From positions 1 through 54,346 of the IMG/VR virus record IMGVR_UViG_3300032250_000088: a DNA stretch of 54,346 nt. One strand, written 5' to 3'. Below the pieces are notes generated by a model. That model searched no databases. It saw only the letters and a program-made list of their open reading frames with translations, and was not told the DNA's origin. Of this stretch, positions 9,195-16,700 are shown piece by piece. Each line of letters starts with the position of its first letter. The first letter of the stretch is position 1. The position numbers and the translations under genes are program-made. The stretch comes from a virus (lineage: Duplodnaviria > Caudoviricetes).

Positions 9195-9705
9195 ACACAG
9201 CCGCAAGGCACAGATAGGCTCAATAAATCCAGGCAAATAACTGCCAAATAAGCTCGCACCGGCGTTGTTAGAGTGCCCTTAAAGCTGGATCTCGGATCGC
9301 AGTCAACGGAATTCCCTACTTGGTAGAGGGGTTGTAACAGTAGTATCCTTAACAGGACCATGATCGGATATGCCTATAGAACCGGTTTACTGTACAAGAA
9401 AGTATTAATCAAGGCTAAAAGAGGATGAAGAATCCACGGCTGTAAGTATGTTAGCGTATATTTGCAGACCCGCCGTCGTATTAAGACGCAGCTAAAGGTA
9501 CCGGACGACCGCCTTAGTAATGCTGTAACGCTAAGTGACCATTGTGCAACTCAGATAATGTTCATTTTTTAGCCCGCAAGGGCTAAGTGTGACTGAACAA
9601 TCTAGATAATATTTAAAGTGCTTCGCACTTAATAATACATCACTGTTAAAAGAAAAGAAATTCGTTGAGCGTCTAGCGAAAACGAATATGAGCTTTAGCT
9701 CATAG
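9195..9705 (+). ncRNA. Putative large structured non-coding RNA (family unknown; strand inferred from GNRA loops and G-U pairs)
   Basis: 552-nt gap in a gene-dense genome with many stems, two GCAA tetraloops, an 11-bp stem with 3 G-U pairs and a 7-bp loop-distal complement. Confidence 0.6.
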
Positions 9706-9709
9706 CTGT

Positions 9710-9717
9710 AATAAATA
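9710..9717 (+). promoter_or_regulatory. Late promoter (AATAAATA)
   Basis: Near-consensus late box 22 nt upstream of ATG 9740. Confidence 0.65.
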
Positions 9718-9739
9718 ACAAATAAGTCTTGGAAGTGGA

Positions 9740-11212
9740 ATGAGAATAATACACCTATTAGAAAATCGTAATAACTATCTCTATGAAGGTTTAGGGAATG
9801 CCGAGTTACGATCTGTTAAGTTATGGGAAAGTGCTGGCCATACAATTAAAGAAGCAGCACTTACACCTGATCAGATACAAAGTCTATTCGCTGAGATTGA
9901 AAAGGGTGCTACTGCTAGTGGCGACAACAGAACTGTGTTGGGCAAAGGCAAAGATGCCGCCGAAGCTGTTAACAAAGCATGGGTAGATTTAAAAGACAAA
10001 ATATACAACAGTAAGCCTATGTCAGATTTTGCTGCTCAATATGACAAGGCTGCTGAGAAATTAAAACAGGCAACTGGCGGCGATGCTGGTGCAATGAAAT
10101 ACATCAACAAGTATCGCAAGTTTGCTGAAGAGCATCCTATTTTGCAAGGAGCTATCTATGCTGCTCTTATTGCCGCAGCAGGTATTACTGGTGTTGCTCC
10201 CGGAGGAGCTGCGTTGCTAGGATTGTTTAAACTAGTTGACCAAGCGATCCAAGGAAAAGACATTCGATCTGCAATGTGGAGCGGAGTTAAAACTGGTGCT
10301 GCTGCCTACGGTTCGGCTAAACTTGGACAGTTCTTAAAAGGAACTCCGACCGGAGATGTTCCATCAACAGATGAAATTCCTACAGGATTTAATGCTCGCC
10401 CTGATGATTATGCTTCAGCAGTTACAGCACCAGCGGATGTTGTTTCCAAAGGCTACGGAGCAGTAATGAAATCTGCAATGTCTGCGGGACGCAATTATGC
10501 AGAAAACGGCGGACTTACTGATGCTTCGAGTATTCAAAGTGCTGCTGAAGAATTTGGCAATGCATTAGCAGCCCAAGGTTTACGAGGTGACCGAGTACAG
10601 ACTATGGTAGATGTATTCAAAACATCAGCCAAGGGTGCGGCAGCTAGAGCACTAGGCGGTACTGCTCAGTCTACAATGGGCGGTGCGCTACAGGCAGTAA
10701 CTAATTCAATCAATCGATCTGGTAAACGATTAAGTGAAGGGCAAGTATACATGATCTTTAATCGTGTGGCCCGTGAAAATATCACAGAAGGTCCAATGGA
10801 TGCTATCAAAGGGTTTGCAGGCAAAGCCATGGACAAGATTAAAACCGTTGGCACAAATTTAACAACCAAAGTTACAGCGGATAAATTAAATTCAGCTTGG
10901 CAAAAAGCAGGAAACCCAACTGACAGCGATGAACTTGCTCAGTTCTTGGAAAAGCAAGGTGTGAACGCAGATATTGTTAAGCAAGTATACGGATCATTAA
11001 AAATACCCGCACCTGGATCTGCTAGCACAGCCGCACCTGCAACGGATATCGAAGCAGTTAAAAAGATAGTTGCCGGATTGCCAACTGATAGAAAAGTAAG
11101 ACTGTTAAAATTTTTAGAGAAAGGTGGAACAAGTAAATCTACTGCACCAGCAGCTACTACCGCAGCACCTGAAAAAGATTCACTTGGTCGAATCGAACCA
11201 ACAATGTCATAA
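9740..11212 (+). CDS. Putative internal head/ejection protein, 490 aa
   Basis: Late promoter; many L/I-x-E sites (LLE, LYE, LWE, IKE, LSE, ITE); one hydrophobic stretch; Ala-rich. Confidence 0.5.
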   Translation: MRIIHLLENRNNYLYEGLGNAELRSVKLWESAGHTIKEAALTPDQIQSLFAEIEKGATASGDNRTVLGKGKDAAEAVNKAWVDLKDKIYNSKPMSDFAAQYDKAAEKLKQATGGDAGAMKYINKYRKFAEEHPILQGAIYAALIAAAGITGVAPGGAALLGLFKLVDQAIQGKDIRSAMWSGVKTGAAAYGSAKLGQFLKGTPTGDVPSTDEIPTGFNARPDDYASAVTAPADVVSKGYGAVMKSAMSAGRNYAENGGLTDASSIQSAAEEFGNALAAQGLRGDRVQTMVDVFKTSAKGAAARALGGTAQSTMGGALQAVTNSINRSGKRLSEGQVYMIFNRVARENITEGPMDAIKGFAGKAMDKIKTVGTNLTTKVTADKLNSAWQKAGNPTDSDELAQFLEKQGVNADIVKQVYGSLKIPAPGSASTAAPATDIEAVKKIVAGLPTDRKVRLLKFLEKGGTSKSTAPAATTAAPEKDSLGRIEPTMS

Positions 11213-11221
11213 GGACTTCAA

Positions 11222-12532
11222 ATGAAAATAAATGAAATACTAGTTGAATCACAATTGCAAGAAGGTCCTATGTTGGACAAGTTTGGTAAAGCAGTAGGCG
11301 GAGTAGCCAGTGGTGTTGCCAAAGGTGTTGGAGCAGTAGCTGGCGGTATTGCTGGTATGGGCAGTGCATTTAAGAAAGGTTTTAATGCAGGTAAAACCAC
11401 TGTAGCAGGTGACGACGAAGCTCCTGCGAAGCCTAGTATGATTGGTGACTTGGCAAAAGGACTAGGTAAAGATGCATATAAAGGTGCAACAGGTTATGAT
11501 TTGCCAGGACAAGATAAGGCCAGCTTAAAGAAAAAAGCAGCACAAGGCGGAGCAGAGCCAGCAGCAGCGCCAGCAGCAGCGCCAGCAGCAACGCCAGCAG
11601 CAGCACCTGGAGCGGCACCGGCAGCAGCACCTGGAGCGGCACCAGCAGCAGCACCTGGAGCGGCACCGGCAGCAGGAGCAGCAGCACCAGCAGCACCGGC
11701 AGCTAAGGCAGCTAAGGCAGCAGCACCGAATCCTAAAGCAGACACAGCTTATGCACAAGCACAAAAAGCAATTGCTGGACTACAACCTGAACAGAAAAAA
11801 GAAATCGTAACAATGTTACAGGCTGATCCTAAAGTTAAAGCGGCAATGACTGCAAAACCTGCTGCTAAGCCGGCAGCGCCAGCAGCAAAAACGGCTAAGC
11901 CAGCGGCACCAGCCGATGCAGGATCCGGAGCAATGGGTGCTATGGCAAGCCAATTAACCAAAGGTGGGGCAGCAGAACCAAACACAATGGCCAATGCTCC
12001 TGTGAGCAAAACAAATAAGGCTAAACCTGGTAATCCAAATGCAGCACCAGCACCGGGCATGACTGCAGACGGTCAACCACATTGGGACCCAGCTACCGGT
12101 AAAGGTGCAAAATACGACGGTGTTACAGGCGAAATGACACCAGCATGGAAAGCTGAACAGGATAAGAAAGCTGCTGAAAAACAAACTAAAACAGCACCAG
12201 CACAACAAGATAAAGCACCAGCAACACCAACCACCGGACAAGCTGCAACACAGGCAGCTGATGCAGGTAGTAATCCAGAGCAAGCAGCGTTAGATGCAAT
12301 GAAAGCTAAAAATCCTAAATTAGCAGGTATGATGGCACAGGCAGGTATGGATGATCAAGGCAACGATGTTGCACCTGCTAAGAAGCGTGGTGGTCGCAAA
12401 GCTAAACCAGCAGCGCAGACGCAAGCAGAAATTGATGCTGACCGTGAAAGAATTATGGGTGTAACTTCTGACAGCATTGTTCGTAGACAACCTATGATGG
12501 CTGAAAGTTTTAGTTTGTTTAGAAAGCGTTAA
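11222..12532 (+). CDS. Ala/Pro/Lys-rich putative internal head protein, 436 aa
   Basis: MKINEILVESQLQEG leader with L/I-x-E sites; long low-complexity body; AGGA SD. Confidence 0.5.
   Translation: MKINEILVESQLQEGPMLDKFGKAVGGVASGVAKGVGAVAGGIAGMGSAFKKGFNAGKTTVAGDDEAPAKPSMIGDLAKGLGKDAYKGATGYDLPGQDKASLKKKAAQGGAEPAAAPAAAPAATPAAAPGAAPAAAPGAAPAAAPGAAPAAGAAAPAAPAAKAAKAAAPNPKADTAYAQAQKAIAGLQPEQKKEIVTMLQADPKVKAAMTAKPAAKPAAPAAKTAKPAAPADAGSGAMGAMASQLTKGGAAEPNTMANAPVSKTNKAKPGNPNAAPAPGMTADGQPHWDPATGKGAKYDGVTGEMTPAWKAEQDKKAAEKQTKTAPAQQDKAPATPTTGQAATQAADAGSNPEQAALDAMKAKNPKLAGMMAQAGMDDQGNDVAPAKKRGGRKAKPAAQTQAEIDADRERIMGVTSDSIVRRQPMMAESFSLFRKR
11557..11668 (+). repeat. In-frame tandem repeats: ~3x12 nt then 3x24 nt (AAAPGAAP)
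   Basis: GCAGCAGCACCTGGAGCGGCACC(G/A) at 11597, 11621, 11645; GCCAGCAGCA(G/A)C units from 11557. Confidence 0.9.
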
Positions 12533-12537
12533 CAAAC

Positions 12538-12564
12538 AAAAAGGACTCTTAGGAGTCCTTTTTT
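12538..12564. terminator. Bidirectional rho-independent terminator
   Basis: AAAAAGGACTC-TTAG-GAGTCCTTTTTT between convergent genes. Confidence 0.9.
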
Positions 12565-12565
12565 A

Positions 12566-12739
12566 TTAGAAAAACGGTAATCCGCTTTTCTTTGTAGTTT
12601 CTAAATTTTCTTTTATAATTTCGCCTATAATGTCACGCTCTTCGTGACTTAGATGCATGGCTTCACTAAAAGAAAGACCACGCATATACCAACACATTTT
12701 CATAACATCTTTCTTGATTTCTCGGCTTTCTTTGTCCAT
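12566..12739 (-). CDS. gp51: gp51-like small protein (57 aa, below ORF-track cutoff); probably the C-terminal part of a frameshift fusion with the gp26-like gene
   Basis: MDKESREIKKDVMKMCWYMRGLSFSEAMHLSHEERDIIGEIIKENLETTKKSGLPFF; S-x-SEA-x-x-L-x-x-x-ER pattern and position after gp26; frame stays open upstream to the slippery site. Confidence 0.65.
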   Translation of the reverse strand: MDKESREIKKDVMKMCWYMRGLSFSEAMHLSHEERDIIGEIIKENLETTKKSGLPFF

Positions 12740-12777
12740 TTTTTTAGACAGTTCACGGATCTCTGGAACCGAGAGAT

Positions 12778-13716
12778 TTAGGATCCTTTGGCGAAAAAAC
12801 TTGATTGATCCATAGTTACTGGCATGGTAAACTCAGTGTCGCAACTGGTGCATTTTACATTCTGCGGCTCTAATTCAATTTGATCTTTCATCTTTTGAAT
12901 ATGTTCTGAAATTTGATCAAACACATTCTTAGGAGCATTGTTAACAAACTCTTTGATCTGCTCGACATCTGATGTTTCACCTTCTGGAGTTACGATCTTG
13001 TGTACACATCCTGCAATGGTATCTACTGTGAGCTCAGTTAGCTTGATAAAGCTCTCGCCAAACTTTTCTAGTTTGTCCTCGTCGCTCAAACTCTCGTCAT
13101 TGACAATTTGAAAAATACGCTGTTGTTCGAAAGTCTTTAAGGTAGTCTTTGTGATTTCTTTATAGCTGTAAGGACGCACATAGATAGTTAACGGATCAAC
13201 TACTACTTCTTGTTTGTATTCAAAGTTTCCGATTCTTTCTAGCCAAGACACTAGATTAATATCATAATTGTTTTCTTCACTGCATTTTGGACAGTTAGCA
13301 ACCACTTCCATGTTTTCACCATAGGTAGCAATACGAATAGCAACCAGACTTGCATCTAGATCAATGCTGGGCATTGACCATGGATCAGTAATGGCAGGAA
13401 TACAGCTTTTGATAACTTCGACCGTGCTTTGTCCGCTCAACAATGCATCTGGAGTTTTAAACATTAATTCGTCTTTGGCAGTCATAGCATAGACAGCGTA
13501 GTCCCCTGTGGAGCTGCGATCTAGGCCATCCTGTGTATAGAATTTGCCTTGACTAGGTAACCGCATATAGACTTTGGGCTGTCTAAAATATTGACTTAGA
13601 GGATTGGAACTCTTTGCCTGTGCAGCTTGGTTTAATCGTGCCTGCATCTGAGGAGGCAGTTGAGTCTGCATCTGAGGAATCTCAGGTGGCATCTGTGGTT
13701 GGTTTTGCTGATCCAT
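12778..13716 (-). CDS. gp26: gp26-like baseplate hub/tail assembly chaperone
   Basis: LPSQG, MTAKDELM, IDLDASLVAIRIATYGE, CPKC and CTSC motifs, terminal SSFF. Confidence 0.8.
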   Translation of the reverse strand: MDQQNQPQMPPEIPQMQTQLPPQMQARLNQAAQAKSSNPLSQYFRQPKVYMRLPSQGKFYTQDGLDRSSTGDYAVYAMTAKDELMFKTPDALLSGQSTVEVIKSCIPAITDPWSMPSIDLDASLVAIRIATYGENMEVVANCPKCSEENNYDINLVSWLERIGNFEYKQEVVVDPLTIYVRPYSYKEITKTTLKTFEQQRIFQIVNDESLSDEDKLEKFGESFIKLTELTVDTIAGCVHKIVTPEGETSDVEQIKEFVNNAPKNVFDQISEHIQKMKDQIELEPQNVKCTSCDTEFTMPVTMDQSSFFAKGS

Positions 13717-13729
13717 GGTTTAATCTCCA

Positions 13730-13737
13730 AATAAATA
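13730..13737 (+). promoter_or_regulatory. Late promoter (AATAAATA) for tape measure gene
   Basis: Near-consensus late box ~50 nt upstream of ATG 13787. Confidence 0.6.
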
Positions 13738-13752
13738 CAAGTTAGCGTAGAG

Positions 13753-13760
13753 TATTTATA
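13753..13760 (-). promoter_or_regulatory. Late promoter (TATAAATA) for gp26-like gene
   Basis: Perfect T4 late consensus on minus strand; GGAG SD before ATG 13716. Confidence 0.75.
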
Positions 13761-13786
13761 TACGCACTTTTCTGGAAATTTTTAAT

Positions 13787-16700
13787 ATGGCAGAAGTCAC
13801 CGGCAATTTTGGCGAAAATCCGATCGAGTTAAACAACGCAGCCACGGAGACAACTTTAAAACAGTTACTTGCCGCCATGCTGGTGTTAGCTAAGAGCGCC
13901 GGAAAAGACAAAAAGTTTGAACAGGATCTTGAAAAAGAACTTAAACGCCTAGCTGAAGAAAGTAAAAAATCTGCCGATCAACAAAAGAAAATAGCAGCTG
14001 ATCAAAAAAAACAAGCTACCCAAGAACAGAAAGATGCTGAGCAAGCACACAAGGATGCAGAGCGCAAGGCCAAAGCTGATGCTGCTGCTGTTAAAGCTAC
14101 TCAAGAATACGAGCAGGCTCAAAAATCAGCGCAATCTGCAATTAAAAATGTAGGTAAAGAATTAATTGATCTAGCATCAGGTATGAGCCAGGTACTAGGT
14201 GCTCTGGCTGGTATGGATGACAGCGCCAGCAAGGCCGCAGGTGCGCTAGGACAGATTCCAATCGTTGGCGGATTCTTGGCAAAGGCTCTAGGGCCTGCTG
14301 CCGATGCTGCTGAAAAAGTCTACGATAGTTTTAAGAAAGTATCGTCGGTGGGCGCAGGTTTCGGCGGCAGCTTTAGTCAAATGATTGGAGCGGCTTCTGG
14401 TGCAGGTTTAACTCTAGATCAGTTTACAGGAATTGTAACCAAGAACGCTCAAGGTCTTGCCATGTTTGGTGGCACCACAGAAGAAGGAGCCAAGCGAATG
14501 GCCAATATCGGCAAGACCATGAAACAGAGTGGTCTTAACGATTCTCTTTTAAGAATGGGCTATAGCACTGAACAGATCAACGACGGTATGGCATCATACA
14601 TTTCGACTATGAGTCGTACAGGTGCGCTTCGTGGAATGAGTGATACGCAAGTGGCTCAAGCATCTGCAAAATATATGAAAGAGCTTGACGGATTAGCAAG
14701 ACTAACTGGTCAGAGCAGAGAAGAGAAACAAAAAGAAATGGACGAGTTGGCACGCGATGCCCAACTCAATGCTGCTATTAGCCATTTGAGCAGAGAAGAA
14801 CAAGAAGAAGCTCGTAAATTAATTGCATCATATCCTAAGCAGCATCAGGCAGCAATCAAAGACATGGTGGCCACCGGAAACATAACTTCCGATGCTGCAA
14901 TTAAATTTAATGCCATGATGCCTCAGGCTGCTGGTAAATTTATGCAGATGGGCCGTACACTTGACGCCGGCGGCAAACTAACCAAAGAAGCAACACAAGG
15001 CACATACGATGCTTATCTCGATGAAGCTAAAGTTGCTAGAGATAGAAATAAAAATCTTGTAAAATTCAACAGAGATTACGATAACGAATTTTCAGGAATT
15101 GTCGAAGCAACTGGTAGACAAAAAGGTGCTCATAAAAAAATAGCTGCTGAGCAAGAAAAACAAGCGGCTGATGAAAAATCTTCTGCCGAAGCGTTAGGCA
15201 AGTTTAAACAGAACATTGCAGTAATGGGCAATCAGTTTTTAGATTCATTACAGAAAAACTTTATCAACAATGGCGGTATGGAAGCATTGTCTAAAGCATT
15301 AGGCATGATGAGCAAGTTTGCTATGGACTATGTTGTTCCAGCATTTAACATGATGATAAATGGAATAAGTAAGGTGGCTGGATTCCTTGACAATGCGTTT
15401 GGTCCAGCAATCACCGGAGCTATTTTAGTATTTGCTCCGCTGGCTGGCGCAATTGGCGCAGCTATTTTTGCTTTATATCAATTAGTAACGGCATCAAGAG
15501 CGTTAAGTGCAATACAGGCCATGCAGGCTAAACAGCTTGCCGGTGGCGCAGTAGGTAAAGCAACGGATGTATTAAGCGGCCCTGCAGGCAAAGCGGGTGG
15601 CACACTTTCTAAGATGTCTGATATTTTTAAAAGCGTATTACCTTCTTTGGGCAAATTTGGCAGTGTGATGGGAAGTATGTTTAATGTTGTTGGCCGTGTT
15701 GCAGGAACATTGGTTAGATTCCTTGGCCCGATAGGAATGGCCATTGGCGCAATTATGTTGATCAAAGAAGGCTTAGAAATGTTTGGCGTTGACCTCAGCG
15801 GGTTTACTGATGCAGTTATGAAACCTTTTGCTGCTGTGTGGGAAGGACTCGGAGATGTACTTAACACCGTGTCTAATTTTATAAGTGACACTTTTGTTGA
15901 TGCATTCTATACAGTTTCAGACTTTTTAGAAAATGTGTTTATAGGAACATTTAGATTTGTATCTGATACCATAGAAGATTATGTTGCGCCAGCATTTCAA
16001 TTTATTGGAGATGTAATTAGTGATCATGTGATGCCTATATTTGAGGGTATTGGCAACTTTCTAAAAGATGTTTGGATGTCAGCACTTGATGGAGCTTCCA
16101 GTGCAATTAAATGGGTAGGGGACAAGTTTAGTGCGCTAGGATCGTTTATTTCTGATAAACTGTCTCCGGTATTTTCATTCTTTGGAGAGAAGATTCAATC
16201 TGTGTCAAGTTTCTTTACTGACTTAAAAAACAAGATGGTATTTTTTGCCCGAGGCTTTGATTCTGTTGGAAGCGTGACAACATATCTCAGTCAACAGTTT
16301 CAAGAATTTAGCTTGTTTATGAAAGGCATCAGCATGGGTCTAAGAGACAAATTAAGTTGGCTTCCTGGTATTACTGCTCCGAGTACTGCTGAAAAAGAAG
16401 CATTAGAAAGAGAACGCCAAGAACTTTCAGATGCTAAGAAAGATGCTGAAGACAAGAGAAATGAACTTGCACAGAAACGAGAAGAAGAAGCGGCTAAAAA
16501 AGAAGCAGCTAGAAAAGCACAACGAGATGCTGAAGACATAGCCACAGCTAATAAACGTGCCCAACGAGATGACGAAATTGCGCAACGACGAGCCAAGCGA
16601 GATGCGGACTACGCTAAAAAGAAATCTGATAAAGAAAATAAGGCCGTAGACGACAAAACAGCAAGAGAAAAACAAGCCGAAGAAGATAAAAAAGCAGCCG

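Noticed and set aside
9158-9361. 67-aa minus-strand ORF in the gap
   Set aside because: Overlaps the GIY-YIG end, no SD, atypical composition; does not explain the stems
9530-9613. CRISPR or TIGR-type array
   Set aside because: Only two degenerate units, and no cas or Nop-domain gene in the window
9188-9739. Group I/II intron, tmRNA, RNase P RNA or tRNA identity for the structured gap
   Set aside because: Flanking genes look complete; I could not find group I P7/J8-7 motifs, a group II domain V, RNase P P4 signature or tRNA arms; the tmRNA-like ATAACT-GCC is followed by a stop after two codons. A covariance search is still needed.
11433-12535. Cys-rich and Leu-rich antisense ORFs
   Set aside because: Shadows of GCA/CCA-rich repeats in the + strand gene; no SD or promoter
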